A stretch of DNA of 62,741 bases, filler included, from Thelocarpon superellum (taxonomy: Eukaryota), in the NCBI GenBank assembly GCA_026025795.1. It is 16 parts of 16 records of this genome, joined end to end, with 100 filler letters (N's around TTAATTAATTAA, not from the genome) between each part and the next. Parts side by side here need not be neighbours in the genome. Positions count along the whole stretch, not along the records: positions 51,405 to 55,146 come from JAPEUG010000777.1; positions 55,247 to 58,967 come from JAPEUG010000778.1; positions 59,068 to 62,741 come from JAPEUG010000780.1; 13 more parts are not named here. One strand, given 5' to 3'. How positions within the stretch are numbered: position 1 is the stretch's first letter; each line of letters begins with the position of its first letter. Below, one piece after another: positions 52,418-62,741 of this stretch. The notes under the pieces were generated by a model. That model was not told where the DNA came from, searched no databases, and worked only from the letters and a program-made list of their open reading frames with translations. The position numbers and the translations under genes were made by a program.

Positions 52418-54355
52418 ATGGAGGAGGCCTCAATCATGGAGCCGTCCGCGACTCCCGCGCCCATGTTTGCGCTGCGCGCCTTCCAAACCGCGCTCTTTGG
52501 CACGCCAAAAGAGACGCCCGCCGCCGGTCCGACGTCGCCCTCGAAAATGGCATCTACCACGCCTCGCGATGGGTCCGCAATAGCCCCAGACCCAGCACTC
52601 GCGTCGCCTCGACGAACGGGCATTCTTCTAACGCCCGGCACGGCCGCGGGCCGGCGCAAGACGGTCTCCTTCGGCGAGTCGGTCGTCGACCCGGCCGGAT
52701 GCCAAACGGTGGTGACAGGACGAAGTGGCCTTCCGGACAACTGCCCCGGGAAGTTCCCCAGCCCATGGACGCCGCGGGCGACGACGCCCGCTGGCAAGAC
52801 CGTCCGGACGACACTGACACAGTCCCTGTATGATGCCCGCGGCACCACGGCCAGGGCCGCTGAAACCCCGGACCGTGCGGTGGCGGTGCGGACCAAGGAC
52901 GAGGCCCGAACTGAGTCCGCCGAGATTCCGGACGAGAGTGGAGGGGCGTCGGCGGAAGGAGATGTCACGGTGGACATGGAGGAGCCACGGTCGGAGTCGG
53001 GCAAATACTGGATGTCGGAGCTCGAGTCCTACCACGAGCAGTCGACGCAGGAAATGCGCAAGATGCACAAATACAAGGAGATGGCCAAGTCCTACGCCAA
53101 GAAGAAGGACGCCGAGGCCATGGACCTGCGGGAGAAGCTGCGCGACGAGCGACGAAAGGTGTCGGCCATGGAGGCGCAGATGTCCAGCCTGGCCCGCACC
53201 ATCGCCACGGCTCGACAGCAGGGCGGGGGCGATGCAGCCAGCCACGAGCGGATGATGCGAGAGCTGGCGCGGCAGACGGCGTTGGCCCTCGAATGCAAGG
53301 ATAACATCCATCACTTCCAGGCCGCCCTGGCGCGCCATCCAGCGCCCACGACCGACTCCGCCACGGCGCCGGAGCCGGTGACGCGATCCATCCGCGCCGA
53401 GATGGACGGTCTGCGGCAACAGGCTCAGGCGGCCACGCAGCGAGCCAAGGAGCTCGAACAGGAGAAGCTGGCCCTCACGGCCGAGCTGGCGCGACTCAAG
53501 GACGAGGCGCGACAGGACGAGCAACGGCGCAGCGCGCGACAGGAGCGACAACGGGCACGCGAGGAGCGACTCGAGGCGGAGAAGAAGGAATACCGCGAAC
53601 GGCTCGTCCAGGCACGAGATGAGAAGCGCGCGGTGGAGTCGACGTGTGCCGCGCTCCGTCACGAGCTCACGACGCTCACGAGCCACGCATCATCCTCGGG
53701 GGATGCAAGCGCCCCGGATCACCTGGCCACCATCCGTGAGCTCCGCGATCAAGTCCGGCGCCTGCAATCCCGACCCGATCCCGCGAGCCCGGGAGGTGCG
53801 GCGGAGGATTGGCAACAGCAGCATCGCAAGACCCTGCATGAGCTGCGTCAGGCACGCGAGGAGTCGTCCACCTTGCGCGCCGCACAGGACACGATGCGCC
53901 GTGAGGTAGCGGCGGCGCGTCTCGAAGTCCGTCAGCTCACGATGAAGCGATCCAAAGGCCACGAGACGGCGGACGACATGGCTCTGCTGGATCGCAACGT
54001 CAACTCGGTGCGCGAGGATACTCCAGCCCAAGCGTTGGAGTGGAGCCATCTCGCCTCATCCCGCTTCCCTCCCGAGGATTCCCTCCCTCCCCTACCCTCA
54101 CCCGAGCACCTGTTCTCCCCGGGCCGCAAGCGACTCGACAGCTCGCCGTCCCGGGTGACTCCTCGACCCACTCCCTCGGGCGGGGTGCGACGAAGTGCCA
54201 GTGCGGCGGTCAGCAGTAGCCGGCTGGGTAGCCCCGCGAGTGCCCGTTCCCGAACGGTTCTTCCTCCGGAACGAGCCGCGGCCGCCAAAGCACGACTGGA
54301 AGAGCGCAAGCGGGTGCAGGAGCGAGAGCGAGGAAAGGAGAATGTCCGAGGGTGA
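52418..54355 (+). CDS. cut12: Spindle pole body protein with Cut12 domain and long coiled coil; intronless
   Basis: [27 protein letters not shown]...[58 protein letters not shown]. Confidence 0.82.
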   Translation: MEEASIMEPSATPAPMFALRAFQTALFGTPKETPAAGPTSPSKMASTTPRDGSAIAPDPALASPRRTGILLTPGTAAGRRKTVSFGESVVDPAGCQTVVTGRSGLPDNCPGKFPSPWTPRATTPAGKTVRTTLTQSLYDARGTTARAAETPDRAVAVRTKDEARTESAEIPDESGGASAEGDVTVDMEEPRSESGKYWMSELESYHEQSTQEMRKMHKYKEMAKSYAKKKDAEAMDLREKLRDERRKVSAMEAQMSSLARTIATARQQGGGDAASHERMMRELARQTALALECKDNIHHFQAALARHPAPTTDSATAPEPVTRSIRAEMDGLRQQAQAATQRAKELEQEKLALTAELARLKDEARQDEQRRSARQERQRAREERLEAEKKEYRERLVQARDEKRAVESTCAALRHELTTLTSHASSSGDASAPDHLATIRELRDQVRRLQSRPDPASPGGAAEDWQQQHRKTLHELRQAREESSTLRAAQDTMRREVAAARLEVRQLTMKRSKGHETADDMALLDRNVNSVREDTPAQALEWSHLASSRFPPEDSLPPLPSPEHLFSPGRKRLDSSPSRVTPRPTPSGGVRRSASAAVSSSRLGSPASARSRTVLPPERAAAAKARLEERKRVQERERGKENVRG

Positions 54356-55146
54356 GAGCGAGGTGGCCTTGTGTAGCAAGGCATTGTGAGCTAGATATCG
54401 GTCGGGCACTGTTCTGAGCAGGGAGTAAGAGGGGATGAGTCATTCTATCACGATCACGTTGTTATCCGACTCTCGGACGACTGTCGTCGTACAGTGCCAG
54501 ACATGGAGTAAGTCAAGTCGAGTCACGATATCGGACCGTCGGAATCCATCACCGGCTCACCATCCATTTCGCGAGGAATTGTAAATTTGTGTGGGCTCGA
54601 GTCCCTGGGGTCCTCCCTTAGTCATCGTCACCCACCCAGTACCAGCAGCTTGAGGTTTGATACTCGCGGGACTGCAGTGGGGCCCCTCCCAAAAGAGCGT
54701 CAGTCAGCGGGGATGAGGTGACCGGGAGCCAGGCGAACTGACTGAACTAACATACTGTAGGAGCGCGCACGTGATCTGGTCACGTGCCCACTCCTATCAC
54801 TATCCCAGACTACGCGTAGATTAGCAATTCAGCTCTGATTCCTACAACACTAAGTAACGAGAAACGAGTATTTGTGACGTGTGTCAGGCCGGCTTCACCA
54901 ACACCGGCAATGTCTACGATCCTGCCCATGGCCGTTGCCACGCTCGAGTCGCCGAGTCAACATGTCGACGTTCACCTTTGTCCAGGCCGGCAGCGGTGAC
55001 TCTTCACCTCGATGACAATGGTCAATACCATGGGCCGGTACCGCCGAATAACACTGGCAGCTCGAGCATAGTCACCGTGAACATCTCCGCCCCGCCATTC
55101 GATCTCCTCTGCACGTCTTCCGCGGACTTCCTCTACATCAGAGCCA

Positions 55147-55246
55147 NNNNNNNNNNNNNNNNNNNNNNNNNNNNNNNNNNNNNNNNNNNNTTAATTAATT
55201 AANNNNNNNNNNNNNNNNNNNNNNNNNNNNNNNNNNNNNNNNNNNN
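55147..55246. other. Artificial contig spacer
   Basis: N44-TTAATTAATTAA-N44. Confidence 0.98.
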
Positions 55247-55907
55247 CACTTCTTCGCCCACCTTCTCGCCACGCGCCTCGACGTCGCGGGCCATCTGGAG
55301 CAGGGTACGGACTTGGCCATTGTAGTGGTCGCCAATCTCCGTCTCGACGGCCTCGGTGCAGGCCATGGCGGCTTCGCGGCCCATCATCGCCGTACCCCAG
55401 CCCAAAGCGGTGGCCGCGAGCTGCCACACCGGGTACATGGCCGTGGGTCGGACGCGGTGCTTGGCCAGCAAAGCATTGAACGTCCGGAAGTGGCCCGCCT
55501 CTTGGTCATACATATGTCGCATCAGCGGTCGTAGCTCCGGGTGGGACTGGGTCAATGTAGGCGTCTGCGCGGTATAGATCAACGTCGCCGCCAGTTCGCC
55601 CGCTTGATTGACTCGCAGCTTGGGTACGTCAGCGACAGACGTGGCCGCGGGGAGTGGGCAGACCTACGGCACGATCCAGAAAGGCTTGTTCATGGGCCCG
55701 GAGCGGTGCCCGACCCACGCTTGCGGCCGTGGGCGCCGGAAATACTGCAGCCGGGGAGGACTCGGATGAAGGGGAAGGTATGGCGGTAGCAGCGGTGGTA
55801 GAGAGCGATCGCGCTCGCGTCCGAGGCCGGGACAAGGCAGGCGCCAGGAAGTCCAACAACGCACCCGGTGTGGGCCACGACACCCGGCCCGTGATGCGCG
55901 AACCCAT
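55247..55907 (-). CDS. COQ7: 5-demethoxyubiquinone hydroxylase Coq7 (Cat5/clk-1), 3' partial
   Basis: FLDRA/LRVNQAGELAATLIY, MYDQEAGH, AAMACTEAVETEIGDHYNGQ (di-iron motifs); presequence-like N-terminus. Confidence 0.94.
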
Positions 55908-56520
55908 CTAGAGGAGGATCACGGCCAGAAGACTTGGCAGGCACCGAAGGACGTAGACGGGATTGAAGAGACCTGGAGTATTTGCATGGAGTTCATCTTG
56001 CCAAATGGTGTTCGTCATCGATGGCAGCGATGCGGAACGATCAACAGGGGCGGAAGTTGCCGCTCGGGTAGCTCGATTGGTCGATAGCCCTGCAGCGTCA
56101 CCGATCCCCTGGCCAATCAGGGTGCGCCAGGTCCAAGGACAAGTTCCGGCTGGGGAAAACACGTCCAAGTTCATTGAACTGATCAAAGTGAATGAGTGCT
56201 GTTGAAAGGCGCGGCGTCAGTCAGGATCTCCATGCCCCAGGAATCACTACTGACGGTCGGTCCGTCGTGACCGCCCCTACCCCTCGTGAGGCCGCTTTTC
56301 CGTCCCCGTCGTCCTTTTCGTCCCTTTCGTCCTCGTCCTCGTCCTCGTCCTCCCAGCTGTTGTGTCTCGCTAGACCGACCTCATTCTCAACACCTGCTGT
56401 CGCTCGGCATCCGCGTAGTTGCCACCGCGAAAGCCCTAATTCGCTTCCCACGACGGGCAGCGAAGAGTTTCTACCCCACTTCACCGACCTCCCCGTCCAC
56501 GGTGACTGTCCGCAGACATC

Positions 56521-58696
56521 ATGGCCGACCTTGACGCCGACCTTCTCGCGCTGGCGGGAGATTCGTCGGACGAGCAAGAAGAACAGCAGCCACCCCACGC
56601 TGCGGAAGGCAAGTCGGCGTCCCCGCCGTCGGCGAAGTCGGCCAGCCCAGAGCCGCCACGACGACGACCCTCACCCGAATATGCGGGCGTGGCGAAGAAG
56701 CGAACCGCCAAACCCGCAGGGGCGACCCGCCGCGGGGCGAAGAAGCGTGACCGCGAGGAGTGGGAGGAAGGTGAAGCGTAAGTGCTGTGACGCGAGATAA
56801 CACTGACTTACGACTCATTCACCGTGACCCCACTCTTCTCCTCACCTCAAATACTAACATGCCGCTCAGATCCTCCGCCGTCTCCTCACCCTCTTCGCTA
56901 CGATCGGCTTCCATGTCTGAATCGGAGTCGGACACTGATCCGATGGAGTCGAACGCTCGTGGCTCCAAGTACCCGCTCGAGGGCCGCTTCACCTCCGAGG
57001 CCGACCGTGCCGAGATCATGGCCCTACCCGAGATCAAGCGTGAGGAGATCCTCGCAGAGCGAGCGACGCTGGTGGAACGCGAACAGCAGAATCGCATGTT
57101 GGTCCAGCTCCTGCGCGACAAGGAACGCAAGGAGACCCGCGAGGCCGACAAGAAGAAACGCAAGGCCAGCAACGTCGAGCCGGATGAGAGTCACCGCAAG
57201 AGCGCGCGCCAGAAGACGACGCTCGGCGGACGCAAGCTCGGGGAAGCGTCGGCCTCGCTTGAGGAATACAAGCGCCAGCGTGAACAGCGCGGTCTACACA
57301 ATGAACAACGTCGTCGCGAGCACGATGCCAAGGCTGCCGATGGACGCCGCGACGATCGTCACTCAGATCCGGATGCCGACGCCGACGCGGAGAGTGATGT
57401 GAGCTGGGATCACCGCCGTCGCGACCGTCGCTCGGTCTCGGGTAGCGCGCGGGATGATGTCCCCACGACGCTTCACGACTTTGAGAAGGCCAAGGTGGGC
57501 CGGAGTGGTTTCGCCAAGGTCTGCTTCTATCCTGGTTTCGAGGAGGCTATCACCGGATGCTTCGTTCGCATCAGCATTGGTGTCGACAAGGCGACTGGTG
57601 AGAACATCTACCGTCTAGCTCAGATCAAGCGTGCGTGCCCTCTATCCTACGCTCTACACCCTACATCCTTTACCCCCTGCATACTGACGTGTGGCGGCAC
57701 AGGCTTCACCGAGGGCAAGCCGTATGCCGTGCAGACGGAGAACGGCAAGACCTTCGTCACGAATCAGTACCTGTTCGCGGCACACGGCAAGGCGGAGCGC
57801 GAGTGGCCCTTCATCGTCTGCTCCAATGCGCCCGTGACGGCGGTGGGTCCCTTTCTTGCCTGGACGAAGGTGATGGACCTGCTAACATGAGGTGGCAGGC
57901 GGAGCTGGAACGCTACCGGAAGACGTGCGCGGTCGAGTCGGTGGCGCTGCCCAGTAAACGCACGCTCGATGACAAGGTGCAAGACATCAACCAGCTACTC
58001 AACCGTAGCTGGACCGAGGCCGAGCTCCAGCAGAAACTGCGCCGCTCTGGCGTGCTCGCGACCAAGGAGGCGCCACTCGAACGCCACGCCATCAACAATC
58101 GCCGCAAAGAGGCCGTGGCTCGGGGAGATGATGCTGCCATTGCACTCTGTGACGCGGAGCTGGTAGCTCTCGAGGGTCCGAAGCTCGCCTTTGGCACCAG
58201 CTTGTCCGGCACACCGACGGCGAGCAAGACGACCAAGGGCTTGAGCCAGCAGGAACGTCTCGCCGCGCTCAATCGGGCCAACCGGCGTGCCAATGCCGCG
58301 GATATTCGCAAGGCGCAACTGGCGGAGAAGCGGGCCGAGGCCGAAGCGCAGGCGGCGGTGGCACGTGGCGAAGCACTCGCCAACCCGTTTGCGCGCGTCA
58401 AGACGCGGGCCAAGGTGATGCATGACGTGCACGCGGACAAGCTGGCGCCGCCGAAGCGGGCATCGCCGCCCCCCGACGACCTTTTTGACTCGGAGCGCAG
58501 TGGGGCCGTTACGCCGCTCAGTGTGGGCGAAGGCAACACGCCCAAACCTGCGGGCACACCGCGCCGGAGCATGACCCCCCTGGCGGCCAAGGCGGGGCTG
58601 GGCGAAACGAAGGGCGGGATACCGATGATCCGCTCGCGAAACATGGACGACGAGATCATTGCGGCTATGGATCTGGGCATTGATGTGGACTTGTGA
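56521..58696 (+). CDS. RTF1: Paf1-complex subunit Rtf1 (Plus3 domain); 4 exons
   Basis: MADLDADLLALAGD, YPLEGRF...LPEIKREEILAER, CFYPGFEEAITGCFVRISIG, YRLAQIK, AHGKAEREWPF, NPFARVKTR, DDEIIAAMDLGIDVDL. Confidence 0.94.
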
Positions 58697-58942
58697 CGGG
58701 TGCTCGACTGGACACGTTCCACGCTGGAGGTAGCGTGGTTTCATTCTGACCCTTCTCCTGCTTCTTCCTCTTGCCGGTAGCCATACGAGGTCCGCGGCCG
58801 GCCCTTTCAAATGCTCTCTACGACGATTACTTTGCCTAGAACTGGGTAGCATCGGAGAGGAGTACGAGACCATAAAACGAATTCATCTTCCCCAGATCAT
58901 CGACCATGAACTATTACAGTCAGAGTGCTACTACTAGGGCTA

Positions 58943-58967
58943 GTGGTGAGTGGTGAGTGGTGAGTGG
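58943..58967. repeat. (GTGGTGA)n 7-mer repeat at contig end
   Basis: gtggtgagtggtgagtggtgagtgg. Confidence 0.85.
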
Positions 58968-59067
58968 NNNNNNNNNNNNNNNNNNNNNNNNNNNNNNNNN
59001 NNNNNNNNNNNTTAATTAATTAANNNNNNNNNNNNNNNNNNNNNNNNNNNNNNNNNNNNNNNNNNNN
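58968..59067. other. Artificial contig spacer
   Basis: N44-TTAATTAATTAA-N44. Confidence 0.98.
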
Positions 59068-59333
59068 AGAAGCTTCCAGGCAATTTTCAGCAGCCCGACT
59101 GTTACAGTAACATTAGTACTGGTTCAAGTGTCGGAAAATCGAGCGACTTTTCATCACCCGTGGCAGGTTCACTCTTGCTGAAAAACGATTCCACGCCAAG
59201 GCCACGGGGTACGTGGCTTTCATCCACTGGGCTTGGCCATGCTGCAATTCTCCGAGAAGGGTTCTTTGTCGACGCTTTATCCAGTGACAAGGGATGGGCG
59301 CCGGACCTGACTCGAGACTCGCTCTCTAACACG

Positions 59334-62300
59334 ATGGCGGCAACATCAGATCTCTCCGCCGCACTACAAGACCTCGCCAGGTTCGTAATGCCAGCCGCAA
59401 GACCTCCGCAGATTCCGCGCTGACGCCAGATCGTCTTCGATAGGTGCTTGCCTCAAGAAGATATTCCAGTGAAGCTTCGATGCGCCACTTGCAATACGCT
59501 CGCCCTCAATGCCTTTAAGCTGATCTGTTGCCTTTCTTCAATCTGCGAATCATGTGAGCTATACCATCCTACATGAGGTGTCCGCGTCATGAAAGATGTT
59601 AATAAGACGCTACCGTGCCAGGCCAATCTATGCTTCCCTCCGCCTGCCCCGTCTGTGATCACACGCCACTCACTGCGGAACACTGCACACCAAACAAATC
59701 GCTGCGGACCACCGTCAAAGTCTTTTTACGAACTGAAGAGAAGAAACGAGAAAGCTCCAAGGAAAAGACTAGCGCTGCAGATCTCCCAAACGCTTCGTTG
59801 ATCCAGTCGTCGTCTGAAGGAGTAGATTCGGGCGCCACGGGGGAGGACCCCACGGCACCAACGGACCCGGCCATACCTGTACAGCCGGAGGCGCATCAGC
59901 CGTCGGCCAAGGATGTCCCGTATCCTTCTATCGAAGTGAGCACGCTTTCGGAAATCTCTTGTGTCATCAAGCTGATCATGTTTCAGAAGGTTGACAAGGA
60001 CCAACGATTTGTAGAATCCCCGCGGGACGGTTCAGGAGCCACAGGTCAAAACCAAAACCTACAAGGCACGTCACTCGATAATGTCCAGAATCTTTCGACT
60101 CCGTCCACGCTTGCTCGGATGGACGTGGGCCAAGAGTCCAGCACTGGGACCATGGGCGGCCAAGCGAACCAGTGGGGAAGTGGCCAGCCTGAGCAGTCAT
60201 CGCAGATGTATCAGCCGGCTTTCGGCGTGGCGATGGGAGATGGCTATGCGAACATGGGCTGGAATGGGCAAGCCGGATATGACCCAATGATGCAGTCAAT
60301 GCAGATCGGCATGTCCAACGGCCAATGGGGAATGTTTTCCAACATGATGGGTAAGTCATCAGCAGAGGAGAGGAGCGGGCCATATCACAGGACTGACACT
60401 TCTCCGCTAGGGATGCCTGGGGCGAGCATCGACACAATGGCCATGGCGCAAGGCGTGTACGGCGGATATGAAGGGCCAGGTATGGGCATGAACGGGACGA
60501 GCGGCATGCAGGGGATGGGCTTTGGGATGGGCTCGGGTCTCAATGCGGGAAGTCAGGGCGGATACGATGGATGGAACAACGGTATCGGGCTAAACGCATG
60601 GAAGGCCGGCCAAGATAAATTCAATCCAAATGCACACGCCAACACGGCCATGGCCGCGAGTGGTATGGGTGACTTTGGAACTAATACAGCCTTCTCTCCG
60701 TCTGCTCCTGTCGCCGCCAATGGCGGATATAATGTGCCATCACATGGAGAGCAGGGTGGGATGCAGATGCATCTGTCACCATTCCCCTTTGGCAACGGCA
60801 ATAATTACCGTCACCAGCACGCAAACGCCTTTCAAGGATCACACACGACGGGTCCGGCTCAGGGCTTTGGCCCCAACCACCACGCCCGAGGCGGATTTGG
60901 GGGTGGGGGCGGCGGGCACGGTCGGGGGGGTCCACACAATCACCAAATAACATCCTCGCCACGCGCACCACACGTTGGTGGCCCGACCCCGCTACCCGGC
61001 GCGCATGGGGTGGCGGGTTGGCAGGCATTTCCCGAGCACCAAGGAACCGATGCGAAAACCCTCACCGCGGAGCCGGGGACGGAGCCCAAAGTAGGCACGG
61101 GAAATGCCCAGCCGGCCCCCATGGATACCGGTGCCGGCGGTCCAACGGCCGATGCGGATCACCACGGGACTGATCACGCCCTTGATCTAACCCGTTCGCA
61201 GCGTGAGGGAGGTCCCGCGGGTGAGAGTTTCACCTCGAATTCGTCACTGCCACAGGTTGCAACGCTGTCGGATGCCTCTGCATCATTGCAAGTACCACTA
61301 GGTCCGGCGGCGTTGGCGCCACGAGATACCTTCGCTGATCTTACTGGACGTGGGCGAGGTGGCGCACGAGGCTTCTCTCGCGGTGGGCCCAGCGTGCGAG
61401 GCCGTGGAGCTGGTGGATGGGTCGGCTCTGCTGGAATGACCTTCTCCACAGCTCCATCAACCTCGACGGCGGAAGCTCTCGCAGCCAAAGGACTCGGAGT
61501 GGTTGGAGCACCGACCGCGCCAAAGGCTCTACGAGATGGGCTTCCCAATACAAGTGTCCGGGGCCGAGGGTTCGCCATCATCGGACGTGGCGGGGCTGCT
61601 AGCGTTGGGCTTCCTGGGGCGAACGCCCAGGCTCGGAGGTAAGCTAGGTCAATTTCCTTGTCTTTCGTCTGCGTCTGTCGCGCTAACCACCGCCGCCGCT
61701 GGACAGCCCGTCTTCAGCCAAGCAGGAAACGACGAGTCGACCGCGCTCACGATCGTCTTCTCCCGAACTGCTTGACGTTACTAACGCCCGCCAACGCCGG
61801 GTCCGGTCGCGGGAAACCTCTGCTGACCGGAACGATCGAGACCACGACGGCTCAGGACATCATCGACGCTCGCATCGGAATGGCGAAGAAAGTACGGGCC
61901 GGGGGGAGAGGAACACGCGAGCACCAGCAGCCTCATTTAACATGGAGCCCAACGGGCGTGTCCGGTCTCGGTCCCCCGATAACTCATGGAAGACATCGCA
62001 GAAGGATCGACGCGAGTCGGAGAATGGGGCGAACATGTCTCATCGCCCGCGACGCGAGAGAAGTAGAGCACGACGGCATCGGAGGAGAGAATCTCGATCA
62101 CGGACTCCCCGAGACGACCGCGACGAACGGAATGGCAGGAGACGCATGGCGGACGCTGACGCTCAAGGGGAACTGTCGCTGGACGCGAACAGCGGCCGGC
62201 GAAAGCGAGGAGACCCGGAGCATCCAGAGCGAGAGCGTAAGCGGTCACGACGCGAACGCTCCACCTCGATGGAGCACGAGGATCGTGGCCGCGACCATCA

Positions 62301-62721
62301 TCGCTCTCGCCGTAGTCAGCGCAGTGACGCGAACTACCACCAGACGGAACGAGAGCACGGCCGGCAAGCCGGCGAGCAAGACCAGCACACACGGGAACGC
62401 GAGGCGCGGAATCGAGAGCGCTTGCAGAAGGAGCAGCAGCGACGCGAAGAGCTGGATCGTGATTGGCAGCAGAAGGAGCAAGATCGGAAGCAAGAGCGAG
62501 GCGACCAGCTAGAAGACGGGGAGGGGGCGGCCGGCGACAGGGCCCGACGTCGAGCGCATCCCAGCTCGAGCGGGCGACGAGGCACAAAGGACGGTGACGG
62601 CGGCGAGAATCGGGGCAAGGCGAAGCGGCGACGGGTCAGCTACAAGTACGAGGACGACGAGAGCCACGAAGCCCGTGCGTCGAGGGTGGAGAACGAGCGG
62701 GAGGCATCACGATGGGATTGA
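59334..62721 (+). CDS. Uncharacterised protein: N-terminal RING-like zinc finger, Met/Gly/Asn-rich low-complexity region, RGG boxes, RS/RE-rich C-terminus; about 6 exons
   Basis: Spliced EDIPVKLRCATCNTLALNAFKLICCLSSICESC/QSMLPSACPVCDH...PNKSLRTTVKVFLR; ORF 59615..61642 joined via an intron starting at 61639 into the frame of ORF 61942..62721. Confidence 0.8.
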
Positions 62722-62741
62722 TAGCATGTGTATTCGTCGGT

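Noticed and set aside
59199..59284. Hairpin masking a GTACGT donor of a putative 5' UTR intron
   Set aside because: No convincing branch point before the candidate acceptor, and a 9-bp GC-rich stem is plausible by chance

Overview
This window is not one locus. It is 16 unlinked contigs of about 3.7-4.0 kb, ordered by non-increasing length (4028 down to 3674 nt) and joined by identical artificial 100-nt spacers (N44-TTAATTAATTAA-N44). The DNA is from a GC-rich, gene-dense, intron-rich filamentous ascomycete (Pezizomycotina): short GT-AG introns with CTRAC branch points, PTH11-like receptors, CYP53 and a complex I assembly factor. I reconstructed 26 spliced genes or gene fragments by eye, plus one weak possible gene start. 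Most are housekeeping or common fungal genes: GT71 mannosyltransferase, Zn2Cys6 TF, RSA3, HNT1, CSR1, CYP53, VPS18, LYS1, ECM31/panB, ATG12, two PTH11-like genes, an RNAi RdRP, twinfilin, SFC1, DOMON-cytochrome b561, ARC15, NDUFAF5, dynactin p62, an APC permease, POT1, GCN2, Cut12, COQ7, RTF1 and a RING/low-complexity protein. I found no tRNA, rRNA, CRISPR array or transposon, and no convincing novel multi-gene system; contigs this short could hardly show one. The best candidate for something undescribed is a secreted FG-GAP/VCBS (integrin-like, DxDxDG) beta-propeller gene with extreme GC3, physically linked to a fungal CYP53. It is followed by an uncharacterised RING + prion-like + RGG/RS protein, a GC-AG intron in ATG12, LYS1 micro-exons with competing donors, a possible dual-start CSR1, a PTS1-like HNT1 terminus and a G-rich minisatellite behind POT1. 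All family calls come from motif recognition, not database searches.
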